Below, piece after piece: positions 1 to 8,907 of a stretch of 32,000 nt of DNA (its first letter is position 1; each line of letters opens with the position of its first letter). The stretch covers positions 60,001 through 92,000 of the forward strand of contig NC_009932.1 in assembly GCF_000018105.1 (NCBI RefSeq), given 5' to 3'. Below the pieces are notes generated by a model. The model saw nothing but the letters and a program-made list of their open reading frames with translations, made no database searches and was not told the origin of the DNA. The DNA comes from Acaryochloris marina MBIC11017. GTDB lineage: Bacteria > Cyanobacteriota > Cyanobacteriia > Thermosynechococcales > Thermosynechococcaceae. A program made the position numbers and the translations under genes.

Positions 1-429
1 ATTTCATTAAATTTACTGAAGCAATTATTGATCGCGGTTAGGGAATTCAAAGTCTGTTCAATGCCTGCTTGTGCTCACATGTTTGTGGTGTGATGAGTAT
101 CTCTGTGATGTAGGCAGGGTGGCAGGATTTGTAAGTTTAATGCGGTGCTGCCTACCATAAATATGTGACCTCTTTCTAGGTTTAAGGCTCTCTAATCTTG
201 TTTCAAGGTGGACTAGGGGGCTGATTTGTTGTGTGAGTAGAGCTTTAGAGTTTCCTTTCGTTATACGCGAATGGTATCTGATTTAATACCAAGTTTAACT
301 TGTTTATATAGATTTTAGATCAATTCTATATAATTTAAAGCAATTAAAAACACTCTTTTCAATCTAACATCATTTAATTTGATTAGATTGCAGTAAAAGT
401 TGTGTAGTTTATGATTCGATGGGTACATC

Positions 430-705
430 GTGGTTAAGCAATTGATAACCTGGAAACTCAAAGAACACATGGCTGCAAACAAGATTTCCGTACCTCAGTT
501 GGCAGCCAGATTAGGAATTAGTGAAAACGCTGTAATCAATATGAGAAGGAGCGAGATGCCTCGTATTAATGGGGAACGATTAAATCAAATTATTGTGGCC
601 TTGAATGCAATGCGTAAGAAAGGTAAGAAACGTATACAGGTTCAAGACTTGATAGTTTTGACTTTCTCGATGGATGAAGCTGATGAAGCAAGGATCCACG
701 AGTGA
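430..705 (+). CDS. XRE/Cro-type helix-turn-helix DNA-binding protein (91 aa)
   Basis: GTG-start ORF. Residues ISVPQLAARLGISENAVINM fit the helix-turn-helix of Cro/C1-type repressors. It lies just downstream of an AT-rich, palindrome-containing leader. Family assigned from motif recollection only. Confidence 0.6.
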   Translation: MVKQLITWKLKEHMAANKISVPQLAARLGISENAVINMRRSEMPRINGERLNQIIVALNAMRKKGKKRIQVQDLIVLTFSMDEADEARIHE

Positions 706-765
706 TTTGTTTCCTATAGCCCACTCTCCCTACCCTTCCTGTGTACCTCATCGGTCACACAGAAA

Positions 766-1629
766 ATGCTCAAAACCACATTATTGTCACTTGGGCTGTT
801 AGCGATCACATCCGTGTCAGCCCTCGCCAATCCCGCCACCATTCCCATAGATCAAGCCTTCAAACAAACTCAAAAGCTAGAAGTCTCAGATGTGGATCAT
901 CTATTAGACTTCACGGATACCCGCTACCGAGTCATCAAAGCCTTTCCCAGTAACCCTCAACAGTTGCGGGCCTTAAGCCTGTCTCGTAACGATCATCAGC
1001 AACTCCTTCTCAAGTGGACCCCAAACGGCACAGCCAAGAAAGCTAGTGTTTTCCTTCGGGTCATGGGGCCAGGGGGAGAACAAACCATTACGCTCCTAGT
1101 GAAGCGGTCTGGCAACGAACCGGACAACATCAGAACAGCCTTCGTCCCCAGCCAAACCGTTTCCAAAGATGCAGTGATCGGGGAAGTATCGCAAGTTTCC
1201 ATCAAACCAACTGTTGCACCTATCCCAACCCAACTCATCCGCCCCAACAGGACCACCCAAAATCCACCCAAAACAGCACAGCCTGTTAAACCGCCCTTAA
1301 CCCTCACTCACCCGAAATCCCCACCCGTCATCAAACTCAGATCTTCTCCCAAGCCCATCCTCCAAATAGCCAAAGTCTCAACCACAGGTCGGCCCCTCAT
1401 CGACCGCTCCACATTGGACAACAAAGCCTTAGCCAACTACCTGATCAGAGGACTACACACCCCGAAGGGTCGGAAACAAGCCAACCGCCATCACGACCAC
1501 TACTGGTTTGCTCAGTCGATGGCTCGATATCTCAAACGTGGCGTATCCATTGATAAAGCCTTGCGCTGGTCTCGACTACCAGAGAAAACCTTTAATGACC
1601 TCCTCGGCCACGGTGGCGTTAGTCGCTGA
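766..1629 (+). CDS. secreted proline-rich protein, function unknown (287 aa)
   Basis: N-terminus MLKTTLLSLGLLAITSVSALA looks like a Sec signal peptide with an AxA site. It has a central P/T/K-rich linker and a basic C-terminal domain. No family recognised. Confidence 0.55.
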   Translation: MLKTTLLSLGLLAITSVSALANPATIPIDQAFKQTQKLEVSDVDHLLDFTDTRYRVIKAFPSNPQQLRALSLSRNDHQQLLLKWTPNGTAKKASVFLRVMGPGGEQTITLLVKRSGNEPDNIRTAFVPSQTVSKDAVIGEVSQVSIKPTVAPIPTQLIRPNRTTQNPPKTAQPVKPPLTLTHPKSPPVIKLRSSPKPILQIAKVSTTGRPLIDRSTLDNKALANYLIRGLHTPKGRKQANRHHDHYWFAQSMARYLKRGVSIDKALRWSRLPEKTFNDLLGHGGVSR

Positions 1630-1651
1630 AAAGCCCACCGTTAAAGCAAAC

Positions 1652-1681
1652 TTGCACCTTTAAAGCCATCTTACCTATGTT
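1652..1681 (+). promoter_or_regulatory. conserved promoter-like box, copy 1 (TTGCAC-N18-TATGTT)
   Basis: TTGCAC at 1652-1657 and TATGTT at 1676-1681, with an 18-nt spacer CTTTAAAGCCATCTTACC matching the other five copies. The box is intergenic, and ATG 1714 follows 32 nt later. Confidence 0.55.
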
Positions 1682-1713
1682 TCAACCATCCCCCTTTCGG
1701 AGATTGAATCCTC

Positions 1714-2370
1714 ATGCTATCCCCATGCCTTCAAACCGCACGGCACTATGCCCATAAACATGGACCACCCTGGTCAGCTCCCCTACTCTGCATCCTTCTC
1801 ACCCTCTGCCCCTTTATCCTCCCCCTCCCCCCAGGCACTCAGATCGCAGGGCTAGAGATTATGGCAATGGTTTGGTCCACCGCCCTCTTCCTCCACCTCT
1901 ACCAAACGCTCAACATCCAAACCAAGCTGGGCCTCTATCTCTTCTTCTCCGGGATGATCGCCCTAACCCCATCCATGGTGAAAGCCCAAAACGTCGGCAA
2001 TGCCCCCTCCAGTGCTTGTAACTCCGGTTTCTTCCTGATCGGCCCCATGCTCGGAGCCGTGGATACCTCCTTGGGCTGGTTTCTGGGTGGCGTCCTCGCT
2101 TACTCCCTTTGCGCCTTTATGATTGCCCTGATAATTGTCTTCTTCCTCGTTGTCATTGTCGGTTTAGTGATGGCTGGGGCAGAATCCCACAACAGCAAAC
2201 GCACCCTGTTTGAAGTCCTCTCCCAATACCTGAACGTGATCATCACCATGATGGTGATCGCCTCCTTGGTGACCGTCTTTAACCTGCAATTGAGTAATAA
2301 CGGCAACGCCGCTCCCATCCCCGTCGGTGGACAGAATCAGCCCCAAGGCGCAACCTCCGTACTGAACTAG
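1714..2370 (+). CDS. small polytopic membrane protein; VirB2/TrbC pilin-like candidate (218 aa)
   Basis: GGAG lies 11 nt upstream of the ATG. A long leader ending ...TPSMVKAQ is followed by 2-3 hydrophobic helices. The gene sits directly upstream of the VirB4-like gene. The assignment is topological and positional only. Confidence 0.5.
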   Translation: MLSPCLQTARHYAHKHGPPWSAPLLCILLTLCPFILPLPPGTQIAGLEIMAMVWSTALFLHLYQTLNIQTKLGLYLFFSGMIALTPSMVKAQNVGNAPSSACNSGFFLIGPMLGAVDTSLGWFLGGVLAYSLCAFMIALIIVFFLVVIVGLVMAGAESHNSKRTLFEVLSQYLNVIITMMVIASLVTVFNLQLSNNGNAAPIPVGGQNQPQGATSVLN

Positions 2371-2381
2371 GAGGTTGAGTC

Positions 2382-5300
2382 ATGAACCAGACCGAACAGA
2401 TTGAAAAAGAACTGCGCTACGGCAAAATCAACCCCTACATCGGCCCCACCCAATTCCAACTCCTGAGTGGACAGCAGATCATCACCCTCGCCGCCAGTGG
2501 CTGTATCTGCTTTATCCTCGGATTCTCCATTGGCTGGTTTATGGCCGCATTTCTATGGCTGGGCATCTTTGTCCTCACCGTATTGGCCCTGGGAAAAGAC
2601 TACTCCCGCATCTTCGCCCGTATGAGCAAACAGCGACGGTACTACAGTGACCGTCCCAACTATCAAGTCAAAGCAGGAATCCCCCTGATGGTGATTGAAC
2701 TACCTGAACCCTTCAAACTCAGTCAGCTTTTCCGTAGACAAACTAAGCAGAAAACCTTAAAGAAAATAGAACCCGAATTTGACCTGAGAGCCTATGGAGA
2801 AATGCTCCTCGGTGAAGACATTGGTTTTTACCTCGTCCATCAAGATAAACAGGACCGAGCCATGGTGATCTTCGGATTCACCCTCCAAGGCATCGACCCC
2901 ACCCTGTCAGAACAAGAAGCCATGGACTGGCTTCAAGCCATCGTCATGGCCCTCCAGAAAATCCCTGGCATCGAACTCAAATTCTTCTGGGACGTGGAAG
3001 GCTCTGCAGATCAAGTCCTTTTACATCAACATGATCTCGTCACCCACCATGACCTCGACCCCCTGAGTGAAAAGCTGATTAAAAGTGAGGCCCAAGTCGC
3101 CGTTGATTTAGCCGCAGACGGTAAACTCGTCCATTCCGTCATCCGGGTCTATGCCAAATACAGACTCAGCCTCGCTGATGACTATGCCGTCAAAGAAGAC
3201 CGCTTAGATAAGCTCCTGGCCCATACCCAGCCCCTAGTCGGCACCTTCCAAGAGTATCTCAACCCCCAACCCGAAGGCTTTAGCTCCAAACAAGCCTGGG
3301 AGAAAGTCTTAGACCGAGCCTATCAAGCCGGATATATTCCCACCGCCAAAGCGTTAACTCAAATGGGTGTCAAACCCCAGCCCATGACCAAAGAAGACCT
3401 GTGGGCCATCGACTGGGAAGACACCCATGCAGAACCCGCTGACCCCTGCCCCCAATCCATTACCTACAGTGAAGCGGGCCTCTCTCCCTTCAGCGAGAAT
3501 CAGCCTCTGCCCTATCACATCCTCGGAGAACTGTTCAGCCCCGAACGAGGGTTACCCGCCGTACCCACCCCCTACCTCTACACTCTCTATCACCCCATCA
3601 AGAATCAATGGGCTGCCCTCGTCAAAATCAATCAGCTCAGCACCTACAACAAGATCGATAACTTCCTCTCTATTGGCTATATGAAATTTCTCCTCCAAGC
3701 CCTAGAGGGATTTCATGGCTATCGCCTCATCTCAGAAATCACCCAGATTGAACCCGACTCCCGCCTGAAGCTCGTCAACTCCGCCATCAAAGAACGCAAC
3801 CGCAAAGCCATCGATGCTCAACTGCTCCACAGCACCCGCAACGTCCAAGCAGAAGCCGATGTGAATGAATTAGTGGATGCCTCCCGTGAACTCAGCTCCG
3901 GTCGCTGGCCCTTAAAAGTCAGCCTCGGTATCTGGGTCTATCGCAAAGATAAAGCCAGCCTTACCGCTGCTGTCCAAGACCTAATTCGCCGCTTGCCCAC
4001 CAGCAAGACCGAGCAAGTCAGCAATCACCTCATGACCCACTGGATCTCCAGTCATCCCTTCCACTGGCAAAGCCTGTTCTCCAAGCCCCAACTGCGGCGA
4101 GAAGAATATCAATGCAATCAGGGGGTTCCCCTGATGCCCCTCGTCCATCCCCAGACCATTGATCAGCAGGGCATCCCCTTTGTCTCCAGAGGCGTTGCCA
4201 TTCCCGTCCATCTCAACACAGCCCTGAAGAAGAACCTGATTGCCATCTTTGGACCTATGGGGGTAGGTAAGTCCGTATTGATGAACCGGATGATCCTAGA
4301 GAACATCATCCATCGCATCTTTACCGTCGTCATTGATGTGCCCCCCGGCAACGGCAAGAGTACCTATCAGCCGTTTATGATCCAGCTCCAACGAATTGGT
4401 GTCTCCGCAGCCTACTTCGACGTTAAATCCCACATCATCAATGGACTCGATGAAATCGATACAAGCTGGGCAGGTGACCTCCTCAGTGTCCAACTCCTCA
4501 AGAAAATCAAGCAAAACCATCTCAGTCTCCTGCGGGCCTTAGTCCTCGGTGACGACCTCGACCATCCTCTCTACAAAACCATCAAATCTGTCCTGGCCCT
4601 CAGCTATCAAGACTGGCGGGCCTTAGCGGACATTGACCAGCGCTATCGCATTGCCAAAGCTGCTGCTTTCGGCTCAGAAGACTCCAAACGAATGCCTATC
4701 CTCCAAGACTTCGTAGATTACTTTCCCCAGTGGGTAAAGCAATACAAACAGGATAAAGACTGTGAGGATTTAGAACTGCAGGCCATCGCCATGATCCGCA
4801 CGGAACTGGAAGCCGTCCTCACCACGGACCTCGGAGCCTCCATCAATGGCATTAACACCTTTAACTTCGACCTCCAAACCCTTGTCATTGGCCTGACGGA
4901 CTTGCAAGACCCCCAAGAGAGCGTCATCTATTCCATGGCAGCGATTAACTTGATGGAACTCCAGTCCTTTCGTTATCCCCGCTCCGCCATCTTTGGCGAT
5001 GAAATCTCCACCACCTTTAAGTACCGCTCCATCTCCATCCGCTTCGCTGAGACCTGCACCCGAGGCCGCAAAGAAGCCAAGAACGTTGTCATCGCGGGCA
5101 CAGAGGAAAACACCCTTGTCCAGTCTGAGGGAGGCCGAGATATCCTCAGCAACCTGGATGCCGTCTTCTATGGACACTGCAATCCCACCGCCGTAGAGAA
5201 CGCCGCTAAGCATCTGCGCCTCAAGCCCGAAATCCTCTCCAAATATGTCCGAGCCGAATATGCCCCCAACCTGGCGGAACTCTGCACCTCCTGGTATCTG

Positions 5301-5507
5301 CGTAAAGGGAATCAACACTATGAGCTGCTGTTCTACACCTCAGCCCTGATGATTGCTCTTGTCTGCACCCAACCCGAAGAAACCGCAGCCAGAGACCGGA
5401 TCCTGGCTCTCTATCCCGATAATCCCCTCCAGGGCTATATCAAATTTGGGCATCTGCTGAAACGGGCTTACAAACTCAACCTGCCCCTTTCCCTTATCGG
5501 AGCCTGA
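2382..5507 (+). CDS. virB4: VirB4/TrbE-family type IV secretion ATPase with N-terminal VirB3-like membrane segment (1041 aa)
   Basis: AGGAGG RBS. Two N-terminal TM helices (ITLAASGCICFILGFSIGWFMAAFLWLGIFVLTVLAL). Walker A GPMGVGKS at nt 4251-4274, Walker B-like AIFGDEIS, then RGRKEAKNVVIAGTE. Size and layout are typical of VirB3-VirB4 fusions. Confidence 0.8.
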   Translation: MNQTEQIEKELRYGKINPYIGPTQFQLLSGQQIITLAASGCICFILGFSIGWFMAAFLWLGIFVLTVLALGKDYSRIFARMSKQRRYYSDRPNYQVKAGIPLMVIELPEPFKLSQLFRRQTKQKTLKKIEPEFDLRAYGEMLLGEDIGFYLVHQDKQDRAMVIFGFTLQGIDPTLSEQEAMDWLQAIVMALQKIPGIELKFFWDVEGSADQVLLHQHDLVTHHDLDPLSEKLIKSEAQVAVDLAADGKLVHSVIRVYAKYRLSLADDYAVKEDRLDKLLAHTQPLVGTFQEYLNPQPEGFSSKQAWEKVLDRAYQAGYIPTAKALTQMGVKPQPMTKEDLWAIDWEDTHAEPADPCPQSITYSEAGLSPFSENQPLPYHILGELFSPERGLPAVPTPYLYTLYHPIKNQWAALVKINQLSTYNKIDNFLSIGYMKFLLQALEGFHGYRLISEITQIEPDSRLKLVNSAIKERNRKAIDAQLLHSTRNVQAEADVNELVDASRELSSGRWPLKVSLGIWVYRKDKASLTAAVQDLIRRLPTSKTEQVSNHLMTHWISSHPFHWQSLFSKPQLRREEYQCNQGVPLMPLVHPQTIDQQGIPFVSRGVAIPVHLNTALKKNLIAIFGPMGVGKSVLMNRMILENIIHRIFTVVIDVPPGNGKSTYQPFMIQLQRIGVSAAYFDVKSHIINGLDEIDTSWAGDLLSVQLLKKIKQNHLSLLRALVLGDDLDHPLYKTIKSVLALSYQDWRALADIDQRYRIAKAAAFGSEDSKRMPILQDFVDYFPQWVKQYKQDKDCEDLELQAIAMIRTELEAVLTTDLGASINGINTFNFDLQTLVIGLTDLQDPQESVIYSMAAINLMELQSFRYPRSAIFGDEISTTFKYRSISIRFAETCTRGRKEAKNVVIAGTEENTLVQSEGGRDILSNLDAVFYGHCNPTAVENAAKHLRLKPEILSKYVRAEYAPNLAELCTSWYLRKGNQHYELLFYTSALMIALVCTQPEETAARDRILALYPDNPLQGYIKFGHLLKRAYKLNLPLSLIGA

Positions 5508-5510
5508 GCC

Positions 5511-6656
5511 ATGAACCGTAAACAAGCCGTACTGTTTTCTCTAATCATTGTCTTCTCTAGCCCTCAGCTTACCCAAGCCCAGGTTTTCTCTGATGACATA
5601 ACCCTACCGACGAATGCCCCCACCTTCCCATCGGGTGTTCCCAATACCACCGGGGATGTCAGTGTCACCCAGGATAATCCCTTTGACGATAGCCCCAAAC
5701 CCAACTTCCTCAAAGACATCTTCTTGGGTACGAGCAACTATAGACCGATTCATTCCAGTACCTTGAAGTTGTTCGATATCCTCGGTAAAGCCCAGAAAGG
5801 CTTACAGACCTATAAGAACGTCAAAAAAGTCTATGACGGCATCCGAGGTAAGAATGCCAACAGCATTACCGATGGGGTGTTCAACGTCCTCGAACAGTAC
5901 GGCATCATTGACCCCCAAAAAGCCACCACTGCCTCGAATCGCTCCACCCCTATCCTCATCGGTCAAGGGAATCAAGGTCCCGCCTATGCCACAGCTGGCT
6001 CAATCGGAGCCTTAGAGCTAGAACCCAAAGAACCCTATGAATGGCGGGTCAAAGCCTTAAACGAAAACATCGTCTATAAAAACGCCATTCAAAAGACCGG
6101 GGACTTTATCTACTCCCCTGAAGCCCAAGAAATCCTCAAAGTCCAAGATCAAGTCGCCGCTGATGCCAGAGACGCTGCCGCTGCCGCTGCTCAAGGAGAG
6201 CTAGAATCCGTCCTCGCCTCGACCCAAGTCAAAGACCAGAGCATCTATGCCAGCACCGTTGTTGGTGAATACGGCACCTCAGCTCAAAGCGCTAAATCCA
6301 CCCAAGCCGTCAACAAACTTGAGACGAAGCAAAACACCGAGATTGCCAACATTCTGGCGGGCAATGCCTTTCAACTGAATGCCATCAACGAATCAATGGT
6401 CCGCAACACTTCAGCCTTGGGCAATATCGTCACTACCCAATCCATCCTCGTAGACAAACAGACCGTCTCCCAATACCTAGATGCCGCTCAACTCCGCCAG
6501 TCAGGTCAAATCTTCACCACCCTCAACAACCAATATTCCTATGAAAAGCGCAAGGACATGTATCGCCACCTGGCCGCAGCCGACACCAGTAACCTGCTTC
6601 ATTTCCCAGGTTTGGTGGAACCTCAACCGAATCTTTCAGGACAAACGCAACCGTAG
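5511..6656 (+). CDS. secreted protein, function unknown; VirB5/TrbJ-position candidate (381 aa)
   Basis: The ATG lies 3 nt after the VirB4-like stop. Signal peptide MNRKQAVLFSLIIVFSSPQLTQAQ. The C-terminal half is Ala/Gln-rich and helix-like. The VirB5 analogy rests on position only. Confidence 0.6.
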   Translation: MNRKQAVLFSLIIVFSSPQLTQAQVFSDDITLPTNAPTFPSGVPNTTGDVSVTQDNPFDDSPKPNFLKDIFLGTSNYRPIHSSTLKLFDILGKAQKGLQTYKNVKKVYDGIRGKNANSITDGVFNVLEQYGIIDPQKATTASNRSTPILIGQGNQGPAYATAGSIGALELEPKEPYEWRVKALNENIVYKNAIQKTGDFIYSPEAQEILKVQDQVAADARDAAAAAAQGELESVLASTQVKDQSIYASTVVGEYGTSAQSAKSTQAVNKLETKQNTEIANILAGNAFQLNAINESMVRNTSALGNIVTTQSILVDKQTVSQYLDAAQLRQSGQIFTTLNNQYSYEKRKDMYRHLAAADTSNLLHFPGLVEPQPNLSGQTQP

Positions 6657-6699
6657 ACTGATCATTGCCTTAATCTATGGCATCCTTATCGTCCTGCAT

Positions 6700-7959
6700 A
6701 TGGCAAGCCATGCCCATGCCGACTTTGCCGAAGACCTGATTAGCGATCTAGAACCGTCCGTTGCCCATGACGCATTTTGGGATGACCTCTGGAACGCCAC
6801 CTTTGACCGCTCCACGGTTATCAGTGGTGATACCCGAAGAATTGCCTTTGGATCCGTGAGCACTGTCGTTCGTTGGGTGACCCTGATTGCCCTATTCGTC
6901 GTCCTCCTCCATTACGGGTCAGGAATGATGTTCAGCGGCACCAGCTTGCGAAAAGGCAATGAATTCACCATCAAAAGTGTCTTTCCCGTCGTCATCATCC
7001 TCGCCCTTCTCGCCAATCAGTTTGCCGGGGTCCATGCCGTGGGGCTGTTCGTCAATCAGGCCCGCTTAGGGGTTATGGGAGAAGCCTATGCTCAAACAGA
7101 ATTCGCCACCACCTTCCGCAGTGCCATTAAAGACGCCTATCTGTCAGAGAAGTATCGAGAGAGCCTCGCCTTTCGGGCCAAGCAATGCAACCTGATTGAA
7201 ACCCCCATTACCACCATTCCTTCCCTAGAAGAACCCACCAACCCCGAGACGCCCCTGACGGATGAACAGCGTCAGTACTACAAAAAGCTTCAGTGCATCC
7301 AGTCCATGGTCACCTATATCCAAAGTCTGCAAGCGCAAGTGGCAGCAGAATGTGAAAAAGGCTGTGTGGGCACCAACGTTGCCATCGTCAAAGATCTCAA
7401 AAAGTATGGAGTCGATGGGGTTCCTGGAGTCGTAGCCGAGAACTTGGATATCTTCGTCATCCCCATTCAAAAATTAGGAGAACTGGCCGCTGATGGAGCC
7501 AGACATGGAGCCCAAGAAACCTATCGTCTGATCTTCCGAGCCATTCAATGGGCCTGGACCTCGTTTCTAAATATGGGATTCTATCTCACGGCAGTGGGAG
7601 CACCCATTACCTACGCCATATCCCTAATGCCCACCAAGCGACATTTTCTATTTGATTTGAACCTGTTCGCCCTGCTGATGTTCTCCCTAGCAGAGTTTGC
7701 CAATATCTTCTGCATTGGGATAGTGGCCCTGATGCTGCAACGACCCACCCTAGTGGACTTAGGTGGGTATATCTTCCCTTTGACCTATGGATTACTTGCA
7801 CCGATTGTGTCCGGTTCAATCTTCCTGGGTGGGTTTAAGGCCGCAGCCAGCTTTAGAGGGGGTGCCTTGGGTGTTGCCAGTGCAGCAGGAGGCATCGCTG
7901 GAGGGATTGCCACCTCAGTGATGATCTCAGCCCGGAACCGCCGAGAGCAATATTACTAA
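6700..7959 (+). CDS. polytopic inner-membrane protein, VirB6/TrbL-like candidate (start uncertain: 6541, 6658 or 6700)
   Basis: The frame is open from 6481. At least six hydrophobic helices are present (e.g. VVRWVTLIALFVVLLHY, FLFDLNLFALLMFSLAEFANIFCIGIVALML) plus a Gly/Ala-rich tail. The first non-overlapping ATG is 6700, but a signal-like segment is encoded upstream of it. Position after the VirB4- and VirB5-like genes matches VirB6. Confidence 0.55.
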   Translation: MASHAHADFAEDLISDLEPSVAHDAFWDDLWNATFDRSTVISGDTRRIAFGSVSTVVRWVTLIALFVVLLHYGSGMMFSGTSLRKGNEFTIKSVFPVVIILALLANQFAGVHAVGLFVNQARLGVMGEAYAQTEFATTFRSAIKDAYLSEKYRESLAFRAKQCNLIETPITTIPSLEEPTNPETPLTDEQRQYYKKLQCIQSMVTYIQSLQAQVAAECEKGCVGTNVAIVKDLKKYGVDGVPGVVAENLDIFVIPIQKLGELAADGARHGAQETYRLIFRAIQWAWTSFLNMGFYLTAVGAPITYAISLMPTKRHFLFDLNLFALLMFSLAEFANIFCIGIVALMLQRPTLVDLGGYIFPLTYGLLAPIVSGSIFLGGFKAAASFRGGALGVASAAGGIAGGIATSVMISARNRREQYY

Positions 7960-7965
7960 ACCGAT

Positions 7966-7995
7966 TTGCTGCTCAAAAGACATCTTGCCTATGTT
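7966..7995 (+). promoter_or_regulatory. conserved promoter-like box, copy 2
   Basis: TTGCTG at 7966-7971 and TATGTT at 7990-7995, with an 18-nt spacer CTCAAAAGACATCTTGCC. A GGGAGA RBS and ATG 8026 follow. Confidence 0.55.
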
Positions 7996-8025
7996 TATTG
8001 CAACCGTGACTAAAGGGAGAAAATC

Positions 8026-8505
8026 ATGCCCTTGTACCCAACCATCGCCGTTGTATTTATCGTCTTTGCCGTGTTGCTGATCATCATTCGTGGGGTCTTT
8101 GCAGATCTGACTCCCTTGGGTGGGTTGATGGCCTGCACCGTTCTCACCCTATTTGCGGGTTACCACCGCATCTTTGCTGGGGCAGATCAGCTTGCAGGGG
8201 TGGACTCCTTTTTCACCTTGGGCTTTGGATTGATCATTTGCCAGCTCTTTGTCCCAGACTTCCGATTCTGGTGGTCAGACTTCCGGTTTATCTACGGGAT
8301 GACGGTGCTGTTCTACTTTGCCTTCTGCTGGACCTTTGACCATGTGTACATCCTTTGGTTTTGGTTCACGGGATTCGTTCTGCTTCTCCTGGCAGTCCAA
8401 CTGCTGTTTAGCGCAGTGTCATCTGGGGGGCGTCCACCCCTGCATCCTGATTTAGATAAGGATTTCATGCTGTATGAAGACGAATGGCTCTTTGACGATG
8501 ACTAA
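8026..8505 (+). CDS. small integral membrane protein (about 4 TM), function unknown (159 aa)
   Basis: GGGAGA RBS. Four hydrophobic helices, an internal DFRFWWSDFRF repeat and an acidic C-terminus. First gene after box copy 2. Confidence 0.6.
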   Translation: MPLYPTIAVVFIVFAVLLIIIRGVFADLTPLGGLMACTVLTLFAGYHRIFAGADQLAGVDSFFTLGFGLIICQLFVPDFRFWWSDFRFIYGMTVLFYFAFCWTFDHVYILWFWFTGFVLLLLAVQLLFSAVSSGGRPPLHPDLDKDFMLYEDEWLFDDD

Positions 8506-8907
8506 GAAAATATCTCGCTTCCTCCCCCTATTAGTTGTTTCAGCCTTACTGCTGAATATCCTTGTCTGTTTTTCCTGGTTTACCCAAGGAGCCAGAGCGC
8601 AAGCCCCCTCTCAGGTGTATATCCAGACTGACTCCGGGTTAGTGGTCAAAGGTCAGCCCGTGGACCCCCTCTATCGCAGTGATGAAGTCGTGATGCGGTT
8701 TGCCCAGGAGTTTGTCTCCGTGGCCTACACCTGGCCGATGAATGGCGAGGGTCACCGTGAAGGCAAGCTGATCTACCCCCTGCCTATGTACACCCAAGCT
8801 TTCAAGATCCATCCTGATATTCGTTCCCAGTGGTTAGGGCGTCAGCATGTCGCCTATGCCAAAGCCAAAGATCCCTTTGCCAACTATGTAGGCCAGTCCC
8901 ACCATAC
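8498..8907 (+). pseudogene. 5' part of IS-disrupted bitopic membrane gene (VirB8/TrbF-like candidate)
   Basis: ATG 8498 overlaps the stop of the upstream gene (ATG 8474 is an alternative). Short N-terminus, one TM helix (FLPLLVVSALLLNILVCFSWF), then a soluble domain. The reading frame runs into the IS left IR and stops inside it at 8924-8926. Confidence 0.6.

Noticed and set aside
996-1307. 103-aa minus-strand ORF inside the 766-1629 gene
   Set aside because: It is an antisense shadow of a Pro-rich coding region (a Gly/Trp-rich mirror translation) and has no independent support.
4770-5318. 182-aa minus-strand ORF, plus other antisense ORFs at 3981-4211, 4163-4357, 4296-4520 and 4718-4927
   Set aside because: They lie entirely inside the VirB4-like gene on the opposite strand. 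They are Gly/Ala/Asp-rich shadow translations with no RBS or motifs.
6481-6699. N-terminal extension of the VirB6-like ORF to ATG 6481
   Set aside because: It would overlap the upstream gene by 176 nt, and the extension looks like out-of-frame sequence. It is kept only as a start-codon ambiguity.
8780-8789. Partial match CTGCCTATGT to the core of the six-copy promoter box
   Set aside because: It lies inside the VirB8-like coding region, has no TTGCAC-like hexamer 18 nt upstream, and the spacer is not conserved.
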